A stretch of DNA of 64,000 nt from Aulosira sp. ZfuVER01 (GCA_034530615.2 JAVRCV020000055.1:39617-103616); one strand, 5' to 3'. Shown: positions 1-10,590, counted from the stretch's first letter. The notes: a model not told the origin generated them from the sequence alone. Numbers and translations: made by a program.

Positions 1-496
1 AGATAAACATGACGACTACACCTGTTAAGAGATAGCGCGATCGCACTTGTTTCTCTTCATCCCGACGGGTAACAAAGCGCTGGTATCCTCTCCAGACAGT
101 CATACCGATAATAATTGCTAGTAACATCACACCACCGACACCATGCCACAGCATCGTATCCATTGCTTGGAATCCCCAAGCGCTTTTCACATCAGTTGGT
201 GGCTGTGCAAGCATCATTTCGTAAAAGCCAGCTGCTACTGTGAAAAAGGTAATGGCAGATGCAGCTACCATGTTGTACCAGCCAACATCAAAGAAGTTGT
301 TACGTTCAACAGCGATCGCCAAAAATTTGAAGACCCATTTCTGGAAGGGGAACAACGCCCCAACGAAATCAAAGGTAATCCCAATGATGAATAGACCTAG
401 GGTGAGATGGACTAAGTTGGGATGAACAGGAATGCTGTAAGGTAAGCCGTTTGGCCCTAATTGTGTGCTTAATTGATTAATGAGTTCTGAGTTCAT
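1..496 (-). CDS. DUF2231-like membrane protein, 3' end runs off the window
   Basis: Manual translation from ATG at 496: MNSELINQLSTQLGPNGLPYSIPVHPNLVHLTLGLFIIG... It has the HPxxVH motif and an ATGA overlap with the upstream paralogue. Confidence 0.8.
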   Translation of the reverse strand, partial: MNSELINQLSTQLGPNGLPYSIPVHPNLVHLTLGLFIIGITFDFVGALFPFQKWVFKFLAIAVERNNFFDVGWYNMVAASAITFFTVAAGFYEMMLAQPPTDVKSAWGFQAMDTMLWHGVGGVMLLAIIIGMTVWRGYQRFVTRRDEEKQVRSRYLLTGVVVMFI

Positions 497-993
497 GGCA
501 AGATACCGTCTCTGAGTGCTTCAACAACTGGTACTGTGTGCAATCCATATACCCAAACCAATTGATCTCCGAGGTATACTTGCAAGCCAACTATTACTGT
601 CAAAATTAGCCCTGCGCCCAGATAATAAATCGTAATTCTCTGGGGGTCGCGGGCACGAATGACATAACGCCAAGCTGTAACCGCTGCAATGATTCCTGAC
701 AACGACCAGCCAATAAGTGTATGCGTATTCAGCACTGATTTGGCTGCTTCGTAAGGCTGTGCTAAACCTGCTTCAAATTGTCCAAAAATGATGGCAACAA
801 AGATGGAAATGGTCGCAATGAACATATTCCACCAACTAACCTCAAATAGCCGGAAGTTGCGAGTAAAATAGCCAATTACATCACAGCAAAAGGCAAACAA
901 CACCATCGCAATTACGAAGTGAACAACGATGGGATGTAACGTATCTGGATAGGGTAGATTGTGATCGTTCAAATTTGTCAAATACTCAAACAC
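493..993 (-). CDS. DUF2231 membrane protein; pairs like this precede cyanobacterial cox3/ARTO oxidase operons
   Basis: HPIVVHF motif and four hydrophobic helices, in tandem with a paralogue. Confidence 0.8.
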   Translation of the reverse strand: MFEYLTNLNDHNLPYPDTLHPIVVHFVIAMVLFAFCCDVIGYFTRNFRLFEVSWWNMFIATISIFVAIIFGQFEAGLAQPYEAAKSVLNTHTLIGWSLSGIIAAVTAWRYVIRARDPQRITIYYLGAGLILTVIVGLQVYLGDQLVWVYGLHTVPVVEALRDGILP

Positions 994-1740
994 GGTATTC
1001 TCCTAGGCATATCTGCTTTACCTCAAACAAACTTCTATGATTGACACCCAAGAGACTTCACCACAAATTCTCTACCCATTACCGGAATATATAACTACAT
1101 ATATTTGGGGCGATATCCGGTTGTTTAAATAATAGGTTCGTGGTAGAGGAATTGAGCGATTGAGTTCAATCTTTAGTGAAGGATTTTAGTTTCGATTCAT
1201 TGGTTCATAAGGAAATTCTGAGATAACGACTCTTACTGTTGACCAAAGAAAATCGCCGTTTTCTCTTTGATTAGTTAAACCTATCTTTTAGCTTAAGGAT
1301 TTTTTTATCAGTTGTCAAAAGAGTCCAAATAAAAAAAGTTGGGAGTATTTTTTTTATCAAAAAAGTGTTTCTTGATATGTATCGCAGTTAGCAGCTTTAA
1401 AAAACTTAAATGTAACAAGAAAAATTTTAGTTAATTTGCTGACAATTTAAGATTATTGATTTGTTGTTTAAAGTACAAAAATTTTAATTTTTTGTTATTT
1501 ATTCAAATTAATTCGCTTCAACGCAGAATAAGTATATCTTGATGATCGCTATGGCAAAATCCCTCAAATTTAGGATTATTCAAGGTTTTATGCTGCAAAC
1601 TGAAGATTTATTAATAAATGCTTTTAATATTCATAGTAATCTGTAGAGCAATAATATATCCTGCAATAGGATTATTTAGCAATAAATCAATGAATAGAAA
1701 TTTTGAAGGTAATTCCTAAAATCGGTGGTGCAAAGGAATT

Positions 1741-1826
1741 GCGTAGATGCGCAGCGGTGAGGCAGTGCGTTGGACGGGTTCCCCGACTTGTTCGCTGAAA
1801 GCGTTCCCGAAGGGTAGCAACTGCCG
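1741..1826. repeat. Nested Nostoc-type small dispersed repeats (SDR)
   Basis: GGCAGTGCGTTGGACGGGTTCCCCGACTTG...AGCAACTGCCG closely matches an uninterrupted copy at about 59667-59710; this copy carries an internal insert. Confidence 0.7.
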
Positions 1827-1851
1827 ATTTTCAATGTGGAAGAATACTACA

Positions 1852-2010
1852 GTTTTAGTCCCCTTACGGGGATTTATTGAGTTAGAAGTAGTATCTGCAG
1901 CAGCATTAGAAGATTTTGTCTGACTGTTTTAATCCCCTTGCGGGGAAGGTATTGAAAACTTACTCAACAGTTCAGCAATACAACGAGAGAGCTAGTTTCA
2001 ATCCCCTTAC
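1852..2010 (-). CRISPR. Degenerate CRISPR array remnant: 2 full repeats, 1 truncated repeat, 2 spacers
   Basis: Repeats at 1852-1888, 1926-1959 and 1995-2010 (partial). On the minus strand they read ...CCCC-G(C/T)AA-GGGG-A(C/T)T(A/G)AAAC, a hairpin plus 8-nt handle. Spacers are 37 and 35 nt. RAMP pseudogenes lie next to it. Confidence 0.8.
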
Positions 2011-2335
2011 ACAAGAGTTATTACACTTTCCTAGAATTAAATATGAAAGCGATTTTTGGGAGGATTATAAAAATATTACTGATTTAAATTATAAATTTTT
2101 ATTGCAAAAAACTATCGCTAAAGTCTCAAGATTGCTTGAAGAATCTAATGGAGATACTAGGTCTGTTGCAAAGCAAGTTGAGTATTACCCATATCAAGGA
2201 GCAAAAGATAAACAAGGAGTGGACCATTTTTATGTAGGTAAACAATTTAGAGTGAGTTGCCAAAAACGCGGTGATATATTAATGCTGCGACATTATGGAA
2301 CTCATAAATATGTAGAAGGAAAAGAAACCACTTAA
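2011..2335 (+). pseudogene. 3' fragment of a probable cas-associated gene (possibly a RelE-like C-terminal domain), fused to the broken repeat
   Basis: ORF 1916-2335 starts inside the array. Only the part after 2010 looks like natural protein (...DHFYVGKQFRVSC...LRHYGTH), and it ends 15 nt before csx7. Confidence 0.45.
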
Positions 2336-2350
2336 ATCGAGGCAATAATT

Positions 2351-3221
2351 ATGTTTGACACATCAAAAATCGCCTAGAAATCACAGGTACATTCACTACA
2401 ATCACAGCATTACGCATTAGTGCAGGTCGTTCTGGTGAACCAATTGGCTCAGATTTATCTGTCATTAAAGATGCATTAAATCGCCCATTAATACCAGGTT
2501 CTAGCTTTAAAGGTGCAATGCGATCGCGCCTCGAAAGTTTCCTTAGAGGTATTCTCGGAAATAATCGCCAACTCGTTGCAAATCCAGCCATTGAGGATGA
2601 ATGGTCAATTACATCTCAACAAATGAAAGAGTTAAAAGAAAATTATGATAATGACGAAATTTTGACAAGGGAAATTATCAACCAGACTGATTTACCATCT
2701 CGTCTGTTTGGTTCACCCTGGATTGCGAGCAAATTCCAAGTCAGAGATTTAACTGTAGTCCCTGATACTTGGTTTGGACAATACCAAGAAAGAGACGGTG
2801 TAGCCATTGATAGAGACACCGAAACAGCCGCAAATGGGAACTTTACGATTTTCAAGTAGTTCCAGCAGCGACACAGTTTGAGTTTAAGGCTGTAGTCGAG
2901 AATGCGGAACCTTGGAAATTGGGTTTACTGATGATTGGATTACACCAGTTTGAAACAGAACAAATACCTCTGGGTGGAGGGCGATCGCGTGGCTTGGGTG
3001 TTGTTAAACTAGATATTGACAAGATGCTGTGGATTGATGTCGATAACAACCCGGAAAAACTGTTGCAATACTTGCAAACATTGGTAAATGAAGATAATAG
3101 CAATACATCAATATATGAAGATGGTAAGCAGTTTAAAAATACTTGGACACAGTCTTTGATCAATCATTTAACTGACAAGTTAGCTCAAAATTCTACCAAC
3201 TCAATTGCTTCAGGAGGGTAA
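2351..3221 (+). pseudogene. csx7: Type III CRISPR RAMP (Cas7 group, Csx7-like), two frameshifts
   Basis: MFDT/KNRLEITG...LRISAG...PLIPGSSFKGAMRSRLE, RDGVAIDRDT and G-loop LGGGRSRGLG. Frameshifts near 2364 and 2840. Confidence 0.85.
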
Positions 3222-3223
3222 TT

Positions 3224-3844
3224 ATGGCTTTCAGTGGCTACAAAACTATCGGTGAGGTTCTCAAGGCGTTTCAAGTCACCTATACCGAAGCTAATTTTAT
3301 CAGTGAACTTGCTTTTACTATTTCTAATTACTTCCGTGAAGATTTAGAACTGATGATGCGAGATGCTGTTGTTGATAACTCAGAGTTTGCTATTTGTGAA
3401 AATCTGATTTATCCCGTTATTAAAGAAGTTTGGAAAATCTATCGTCAGCATTTTATTTTATGGAGTCATCAATCCTTGAATTATGATGAGAGATTGTCAG
3501 GCTTTCCTGAATATATTTTGGCTAAACGCTCTCCTTTGGGTAAAGTTGTCTTTGACAAACCATATTTCATTTTAGTAGAAGCTAAACAAGATAACTTTGA
3601 AACAGGTTGGGCACAATGTTTAGCAGAAATGATTGCTGCTCAAAGACTGAATGGGGAATATCAAATAGTAATTTTTGGCATTGTATCTAATGGCGCAACA
3701 TGGCAATTTGGAAAATTAGAAGATGAGAAATTTACTAGAAATATCACTCCTTATACCATTTATGAACTAGATAAACTTTTTGCTACTGTTAATTTTGTAT
3801 TTCAACAATGCGAAGTACAGCTAAATAACTTAGTAGCGGCTTAA
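3224..3844 (+). CDS. Putative PD-(D/E)XK restriction-endonuclease-like protein
   Basis: Intact 206-aa ORF with a G-x-P-E-Y...LVEAK...AQCLAEM pattern typical of a cyanobacterial family. Confidence 0.65.
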   Translation: MAFSGYKTIGEVLKAFQVTYTEANFISELAFTISNYFREDLELMMRDAVVDNSEFAICENLIYPVIKEVWKIYRQHFILWSHQSLNYDERLSGFPEYILAKRSPLGKVVFDKPYFILVEAKQDNFETGWAQCLAEMIAAQRLNGEYQIVIFGIVSNGATWQFGKLEDEKFTRNITPYTIYELDKLFATVNFVFQQCEVQLNNLVAA

Positions 3845-3874
3845 TTCGCAATATTTCTTCAACTAAATATAGCT

Positions 3875-3976
3875 ATGCATAAAAGATTTGTTAATCACTG
3901 CACTATTGATTTAACCATAATTACCGACGGGCCGATTCTCATTAAATCTGGGAAGGAAGGGGCTGATCCGACTAAG
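3875..3976 (+). pseudogene. 5' fragment of a second RAMP (Cas7 group) gene
   Basis: MHKRFVNHCTIDLTIITDGPILIKSGKEGADPTK, ending abruptly at an IS-like terminus. Confidence 0.7.
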
Positions 3977-4090
3977 AGGTCGTTTTAAAAGTGGTTAGCT
4001 GCGATTTTGCGCTATCCAACCGACCGTGAACCCCCATCTGGAATGTACTAAATCATGATGCAATCTCTAACAGATGCACAGTGGGAAATT
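3976..4090 (+). mobile_element. IS5-family left-end remnant
   Basis: TAA followed by GAGGTCGTTTTAAAAGT (resembles an IS1031-group terminal repeat), then LTDAQWEI, the typical IS5 transposase N-terminal motif. Confidence 0.5.
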
Positions 4091-4363
4091 TCTACTCCGA
4101 CAACGCCACTTGTTGAGTCAGCGCGTCAAGTGGAAATCGCTAAAGTGGCGCAAGCTCAAGACTTTCAAGTTGAGCAAATTATTGAGGCAAAAGTTACTAA
4201 AATAAATGGTAACAAAGTCACCTATGAAATCTTAGGAACGATTAAGTTAACTGAGAAGGAACCGAAGCAAGCTAGTTTTCTCCAGGAAGGACAGACGGTG
4301 AAGGTGAAAATCGCGTCTTTTAAGGATGACGGCAGCATTAAAAGTGTTAAGTACCTAAACTAA
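4091..4363 (+). pseudogene. C-terminal S1/OB-like domain fragment, probably from a RAMP gene; chimeric with the IS5 remnant in ORF 4055-4363
   Basis: FQVEQIIEAKVTKI...LQEGQTVKVKI is an S1-like pattern; it sits at the end of the cas remnant. Confidence 0.5.
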
Positions 4364-4651
4364 CTTAATATTTTGATTGGAATATTTTTATAGACTAGAG
4401 TTGAATAAACTGAGTAATTAAACGCTAGACAAGCGGTTGATACATTCAGGACTTACGCAACTGGCACATATATCTTTTGTTATGAGGGTCAAGAGTCATT
4501 AGTTATTTCTCCTCTACTTCCTTGTCCTCCCTATCCTCCTTGTCCCCCTGCTCCCTGCTACACCAGTTGCTACAACGCGGGGAAAATCCGGTTTGATTGG
4601 TGAATAATTCCCGTACACTGGTGTTGAGACTAACATAAGGAGAAAAAACTT

Positions 4652-5173
4652 ATGGGACTTTTCGATCAAATTCTCGGCGCAGTTGCTAATCCTAATCAGC
4701 AAGGCAGTTTGGGACAATTGGGAAGTATTCTTAGTACCGTGAATCAATTGAGTAATAGCACTGGTGCAGACCCTTCTACTATCCAATCGGTGTTGTCGAT
4801 TGTAGGTGGTCAAGTGCGATCGGCTTTACAAGAAAAGCAAGCCACAGAGGGTAATGAAGCAGTGCAATCTACAGTAAATCAATTTGCGGGTACTTCTCCT
4901 GACCCCCAAGCTGTTTATTCGGTATTTGGTGGTGGTATTCAACAAGTAGCTGAGATTGTTGCCCAGCGCACTGGCTTAGATGCTGGTACAATTCAACAAT
5001 TACTGCCTCATATAGTGCCTGTGGTGCTGAATTTTTTACAGTCTGGTGCGAACGCTCAAAATCCACAAGCAGGGGGTAATCCAGTGCTGAATTCGTTCCT
5101 AGATGCAGATAATGATGGTGATGTTGATATTGCTGATGCCATGCAATTGGCTAGTCGTCATTTCGGACAGTAA
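4652..5173 (+). CDS. DUF937-like protein with a C-terminal EF-hand-like motif
   Basis: MGLFDQILG start, LDADNDGDVD motif, AGGAG ribosome-binding site. Confidence 0.75.
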   Translation: MGLFDQILGAVANPNQQGSLGQLGSILSTVNQLSNSTGADPSTIQSVLSIVGGQVRSALQEKQATEGNEAVQSTVNQFAGTSPDPQAVYSVFGGGIQQVAEIVAQRTGLDAGTIQQLLPHIVPVVLNFLQSGANAQNPQAGGNPVLNSFLDADNDGDVDIADAMQLASRHFGQ

Positions 5174-5326
5174 TTAAATTCATTTGCTACTTTGTTGGCG
5201 AAATAGGTTTTCTGGTCAGGATCGGAAAAAGAAGAAAGAGAAGATTAGGAAGACAAGGAAGAATTGTTAAAGAAACTTCTTCCTTGTCTTCCTTTATCGT
5301 GATATAAGACCACAGGAATAGCAGAT

Positions 5327-5533
5327 ATGACCAGAAATCCGCGATTGATATCTAATGATTATTTCGCTTCTCGTAAACTTCATATTGATGAACTTCTGGC
5401 AAGTTAATTGAAAATATTATCCAAACTGATGCTGCACTTACCGAACGAGTGAGAGTGCGATCGCAACTTAACAATTCTACGCCGCAATCAAAAACTAATC
5501 CTCAACATTGTGCCTGAAGAGCCACCGCAGTAG
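5327..5533 (+). pseudogene. Collapsed remnant of a trypsin-like/PDZ serine protease
   Basis: SGKLIENIIQTDAAL is joined directly to a PDZ-like tail (VRSQ/TILRRNQKLILNIVPEE*); the catalytic NPGNSGG is missing. Confidence 0.55.
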
Positions 5534-5604
5534 AGAATGGTGATTGGGGGGATGAGGGAGATGAGGAAGCAGAGGAAACTATTGACCCTTAAATCTTAAC
5601 CAAT

Positions 5605-6135
5605 TCAACCATTCTCATCCAAAATTGTCCCTTCCAAATTAGCTTTCTCTAAATTTGCGCCGTTCAAATTAGCTTCGTTCAAATCTGCTTGAGCAAGATT
5701 AGCTTGGGTGAGGTCGGCTACAGTTAAGTCTGCGCCACTTAAATCAGCTTTATCTAAATTTGCAGCTATTAAAGTTGCTTCATGCAACTCAGCATCGCTG
5801 AGGTTAGCTTCAATCAGCTTGGCGACAGTTAAATCAGCCTGAGTCAAATTTGCTCCATCCAAAACAGCACCATCTAATATCGCTCCATCTAAAATGGCTC
5901 CAGTTAGATTACTACTAGTGAGATTAGCATCACTTAAATTTGCTCCGTTCAAGTCTGCTTCAATCAAGCTAGTTTGGGTTAAATTAGCATGACTAAGATT
6001 AGCACCATCTAAGATAGCTTTATCTAAAATTGCTCCACTAAGATTGGCTTCCCGCAAATTTGCTTCGCTCAGGTTCACACCAGTAAAGTCTCTTGTGCCT
6101 GCGGCGTAGTTTTTCAGGAGTTCATCTGCCTTCAT
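5605..6135 (-). CDS. Pentapeptide repeat protein
   Basis: Continuous A(N/D)Lxx repeats. Confidence 0.95.
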   Translation of the reverse strand: MKADELLKNYAAGTRDFTGVNLSEANLREANLSGAILDKAILDGANLSHANLTQTSLIEADLNGANLSDANLTSSNLTGAILDGAILDGAVLDGANLTQADLTVAKLIEANLSDAELHEATLIAANLDKADLSGADLTVADLTQANLAQADLNEANLNGANLEKANLEGTILDENG

Positions 6136-6546
6136 AATTATCTTCCGCTAGTTTCTATTGCTTTTCGAGCCACGGCAATCTATTACCCAGCACTGGCAAC
6201 AGAGGATCTCAAACTATATTTAAACTATGGTAGCTATTTGGACTTTTTTGTGTAACTAGCTAAAGTTATTAGTTAATTTCATACCTAAGATAGTGGATGT
6301 TGCTAAAACAAGGAATGAAATTTTTGCATCATGCATTAAAATATCAAAACCTTCATCCTCTCTTTGTCTGAAGCTTTATACTAATTCACGAAAATTCTGA
6401 TACAGATTGCTAAACTCTCTACCACATATTTGTACCTTATTGTCAGTTTTCAAGAATTAATAGACTACGGTTGAAGCGCAAGTGATAGAAAAGCCCCCTG
6501 AACCTTTAATAATGGCAAGAGGTTTTGAGTAGGAAATAAATTTGCA

Positions 6547-8001
6547 TTACAGGAATAATCCTGCAATTATTTGGTCAAAGTTGCGGGTGTATACTTTTTG
6601 GCTATATTCTTGCCATGCTTGGTTTGAAGAGTTGGGAAATTGTGTTAATGTTGCCTGTTGAATATATTCCATGAATGGGCGACGAAGTCGCTCATATTTC
6701 TCGAAAGCTGAGGCTATGGCTTGCTTGTTATCCCAATTATTTGCTTTAGCAATATTACTAATTAATGTTGTAACTACTATTGCATCTTCAAATCCTTGAT
6801 TAGCTCCTTGAGCTAGAAAAGGAGGCATACCATGCGCAGCATCACCAACTAATACAACTCGTCCTGCACTCCAGACTGGTGGGATATTCTCAGCTATAGC
6901 AGCACGATGAATGTAATACGGACGTTGCAAAATATTTTCTGGCTGAGATAATCGCACTAATTGTTTTAGTTCATCAGGAAAACCAGCTTTTTCTAACTCT
7001 TGCAAAGTTAAGTCAAGCAAATCGCTACCAGGCTTCTCTTGCACCGAATGCAATGGTACAGCTATATGTAATAAATAGCCGATCCCTTGTCTGTTAATTA
7101 ACAACATTCTCGGAGATTTACTAAAAACGCTCTCGCTCAGATCGTAGTTAGCTACTGTTAAAATTGGCGAGCCTGCAAAAAATTTCTCTTCAATATGCGA
7201 TCGCAGTTCGTTGGGTATATTAGGTATTTCTCTACAAGATATTGCCACAAACCCAGAGTATTCTGGTTTGGCAAATGCTTGGTTAGCGTTATCAGCATAA
7301 AGTATCTTCCGAACTGTAGAGTTAATACCGTCTGCTGCCACAATTAGTTTAGCTCGGAATGATTTTCTGATTGATGGTTGAGAGGCGCTGTCTGAATTTT
7401 GGGATTGTGGATCGCGATTATTTTGTCCATCTGACCAATATGCATAGGGATTAGCCTCGACACTAGTACTACTAACGCAATCGAGCCGGACGCATCCAAA
7501 TTCTTGCTCATCTATAACATTGATGCAACGGTGATTAGGTTTAACTTGGTCTTCAGGAAGCAGTTGCCTTAAACTAGTCTGCAAATCATACCAAGAAATT
7601 GAAACTCGACCTTCACCATAATTACTAAACCAAACATCAAAACTTAGAGAAGAAGCTCGAACTTTTTCTCCCTGAAAGTTTCTACAAGCCCATTCTAGTG
7701 AAGGCTTTCGAGATTTTGGCTCAATTACTTCAGTTTGCTGGTACTTAGTGAAAGTAAGACTCGCTGTTTTGACTGCTTGATATGCGTTAGTATCTACATA
7801 TTTCAGAGCTTTTAACCCATTAGGCAGAAGATCAACAACCTGACCAACCTGACGAAAAGCACGAGTTTGATCTATTACCAAAATATTGTCAATACCACGT
7901 TTGCGTAAACCAACAGCAGTTGCTAAACCAACAGGCCCAGCACCAACTATCACAACATCGTAGATTTTGTTGATGGGTGTATCTGTTTGGGGGATATTCA
8001 T
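6547..8001 (-). CDS. FAD-dependent monooxygenase
   Basis: GAGPVG, ADGINS and GDAAH...QGANQG motifs. Confidence 0.9.
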   Translation of the reverse strand: MNIPQTDTPINKIYDVVIVGAGPVGLATAVGLRKRGIDNILVIDQTRAFRQVGQVVDLLPNGLKALKYVDTNAYQAVKTASLTFTKYQQTEVIEPKSRKPSLEWACRNFQGEKVRASSLSFDVWFSNYGEGRVSISWYDLQTSLRQLLPEDQVKPNHRCINVIDEQEFGCVRLDCVSSTSVEANPYAYWSDGQNNRDPQSQNSDSASQPSIRKSFRAKLIVAADGINSTVRKILYADNANQAFAKPEYSGFVAISCREIPNIPNELRSHIEEKFFAGSPILTVANYDLSESVFSKSPRMLLINRQGIGYLLHIAVPLHSVQEKPGSDLLDLTLQELEKAGFPDELKQLVRLSQPENILQRPYYIHRAAIAENIPPVWSAGRVVLVGDAAHGMPPFLAQGANQGFEDAIVVTTLISNIAKANNWDNKQAIASAFEKYERLRRPFMEYIQQATLTQFPNSSNQAWQEYSQKVYTRNFDQIIAGLFL

Positions 8002-8100
8002 AACACAACAAACCTAAGTTTGTATTTTTACAGCAGTCGTAAACATCCCTAATAATAGACAAGAAGGTAGACACAACGTTCTACCCTCTTGTTATCTTAA

Positions 8101-10113
8101 CTATTGACTACTAGCTTGTCTGTAACAGGCAAATTCCATTGTGAAAGTTGCCATTCCCGCAGTTTGCGATCGCAAGTCTGTAGAATAGCCAAACATCTGC
8201 GCTAGGGGTACTTCTGCCCGAATCACTGAGTATGCTTGCATGGTTTCGGAACCCAATAGCAAACCGCGACGGGCGGCGATATCACCTTGCACTCTACCTA
8301 GATACTCGTTGGGTGTTTCCACCTCTACCAACATAATTGGTTCAAGAATGTAGGCATTGGCTTTAGCGATCGCACCATCAAGGGCTTGATGAGATGCTGA
8401 CCGAAATGCCAATTCGGAAGAGTCAACTGGGTGATAGGAACCCCCTTCCAGCACGACTTTTACCCCGGTGACGGGATAACCTTCCAACGGGCCTGATTGC
8501 ATGGCTTCGCGGAAACCCTTCTCGCAAGCCGGAATATACTCCTTGGGAATTGCACCCCCAACTACCTTACTTTCAAAGACAAACGGCTCGTCTGTAGGTT
8601 CAATCCATCCACTGACATGGGCGTATTGACCAGATCCCCCGGTTTGTTTCTTCAGTCGGTAATCAAAGTTAGTTTTTCGCCCAATAGTTTCCCGATATGC
8701 GACTGCGGGTGTACCAACGTATACCTCAGTGTTATACTCTCGTTGAATGCGTTCCAAGTAGATTTCGAGGTGAAGTTCACCCATCCCAGAAATTAGAGTT
8801 GCGCCTGATTCTGGGTCTATGCTCAATTTGAAGGTTGGATCTTCTTTTTGAAAGCGGTTGAGGGCTTTGGAAAGGCGATCGCTATCTTCTTGTTTTTTAG
8901 GTGTTACAGCCAGTGTAATTACTGGGTCTGGGACAAACATTTTCTCCAAAGATAGCAGTGGTTCCCCACTACAAAAAGTATCGCCAGAGGCACAATCTAC
9001 ACCCAATAGCGCGATAATATCGCCTGCTTCGGCAACTTTCACCTCTTCTCGCTTGTTGGCGTGCATTCTCACCAATCGACCAATTTGCACTCGTTGTCCG
9101 GTACGAGAGTTGTAAACAGTATCGCCCTGTTTCAAGGTTCCGGAATAAATTCGGGTGTAGGTCAATTGTCCAAAGGACTCTACAGTGAGTTTGAATGCTA
9201 ACGCAACTAAAGGATCGTCAGGGTTGGGGTAAAGGCTAACAGACTCTACTGTTTTGACGACTTCCCGATCTATAGGCGATGGGAGATAAAGTGCGATCGC
9301 ATCTAACAAATTCTGCACACCTTTGTTTTTGAATGCCGAACCCAGCAATACTGGTGTTACTTGCAGGCTCAAGGTGGCTTGGCGGATGGTTTGCCAAATT
9401 AGTTCTCTGGGAACCTGCTCATTTGCTAGTAGCATCTCGGTCATAGGTTCCGAGAAGAGCGATAAAGCATCCAGCATCTTGTCCCGTGCTTGTTGTGCTT
9501 CCTGCACAAGTGCGTCAGGAATTGGCTGTTTTACCCAATGTTCGCCGTTTTCACCTTCAAAGTAGGAAGCAGTCATTTCTATGAGGTCAATCACCCCTTG
9601 AAATTGGTCTTCGCTACCGATGGGATACTGGAGCAACAAAGTATTTAACTGCAAGCGATCGCGCATAGCTTGTACAACCCGAAACGGATTTGCACCTACC
9701 CGATCCATTTTGTTGATAAATGCGATACGCGGTACACGATATCGCTTCATCTGGCGATCCACCGTGATTGACTGAGACTGTACCCCCGCCACGGCACACA
9801 GCACCATCACTGCCCCATCCAATACCCGCAGCGCACGCTCAACCTCAATCGTAAAATCCACGTGTCCTGGCGTATCAATTAAGTTGATTTGCGTATCATG
9901 CCACTGACAGGTAGTAGCAGCTGAAGTGATGGTTATGCCATGTAGTTTTTCCTCTGGCATAAAGTCCATCGTTGCTCCCTTGCCACCTCCCCGTACTTCC
10001 TCAATTGCATGGATTCTGCCTGTGTAGAAGAGAATTCGCTCTGATAGCGTAGTTTTACCAGAGTCGATGTGAGCAGAAATACCAATATTCCGGATGCGTT
10101 CTCGGGGAATCAT
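8101..10113 (-). CDS. fusA: Elongation factor G paralogue, outside the str operon
   Basis: AHIDSGKTT, DTPGHVDF, NKMD, GMGELHL and YHPVDSS motifs; 670 aa. Confidence 0.92.
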   Translation of the reverse strand: MIPRERIRNIGISAHIDSGKTTLSERILFYTGRIHAIEEVRGGGKGATMDFMPEEKLHGITITSAATTCQWHDTQINLIDTPGHVDFTIEVERALRVLDGAVMVLCAVAGVQSQSITVDRQMKRYRVPRIAFINKMDRVGANPFRVVQAMRDRLQLNTLLLQYPIGSEDQFQGVIDLIEMTASYFEGENGEHWVKQPIPDALVQEAQQARDKMLDALSLFSEPMTEMLLANEQVPRELIWQTIRQATLSLQVTPVLLGSAFKNKGVQNLLDAIALYLPSPIDREVVKTVESVSLYPNPDDPLVALAFKLTVESFGQLTYTRIYSGTLKQGDTVYNSRTGQRVQIGRLVRMHANKREEVKVAEAGDIIALLGVDCASGDTFCSGEPLLSLEKMFVPDPVITLAVTPKKQEDSDRLSKALNRFQKEDPTFKLSIDPESGATLISGMGELHLEIYLERIQREYNTEVYVGTPAVAYRETIGRKTNFDYRLKKQTGGSGQYAHVSGWIEPTDEPFVFESKVVGGAIPKEYIPACEKGFREAMQSGPLEGYPVTGVKVVLEGGSYHPVDSSELAFRSASHQALDGAIAKANAYILEPIMLVEVETPNEYLGRVQGDIAARRGLLLGSETMQAYSVIRAEVPLAQMFGYSTDLRSQTAGMATFTMEFACYRQASSQ

Positions 10114-10362
10114 AATGACTTCCTTGATTATTGAAGCAACAAACGGTTACTGCTGAGGCAGTAACATTATTCATATTACAATTGTAATACAAAATGATTT
10201 ATTGTCCAACAGATATACTTTGAGCGATCGCTCAAATTACTGGTGATGACAAAGTTATCAGTCATGCGATCGCAATATCCCCACGAAAAGAACAACGCAC
10301 AACAGTAGCTAGAGAAGAAGAGAAAATGAGAAAATAAAGGGTGGGGTGACAAAATAATATCC

Positions 10363-10590
10363 ATGCCCAGGAAGATTCGAGAGTTGAAAGCTCAGATTGC
10401 GCGTGAAGGATTTGTTTACTTACCCAAGCGCGGCAAGGGTAGCCATGAACGTTGGCGGCATCCTCTCCTTAGAAAAACACTGACAATCCCAGGCAAGGAA
10501 GGAGATGATGTACCAATCTACCTGGAGAAACAATTAGAAAAGTTATTGGCTGAACTAGAGGAGTTAAGGGAGGAAAACGAGGATTCATGA
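10363..10590 (+). CDS. hicA: HicA family toxin
   Basis: GKGSHE..RHP motif; overlaps hicB. Confidence 0.88.
   Translation: MPRKIRELKAQIAREGFVYLPKRGKGSHERWRHPLLRKTLTIPGKEGDDVPIYLEKQLEKLLAELEELREENEDS

Noticed and set aside
143..425. Plus-strand ORFs 143-394 and 240-425
   Set aside because: Antisense shadows of the minus-strand DUF2231 gene.
4447..4460. CAGGACTTACGCA, possible IS/MITE end (variants near 21331 and 62786)
   Set aside because: No partner end, target duplication or transposase nearby, so an element cannot be delimited.
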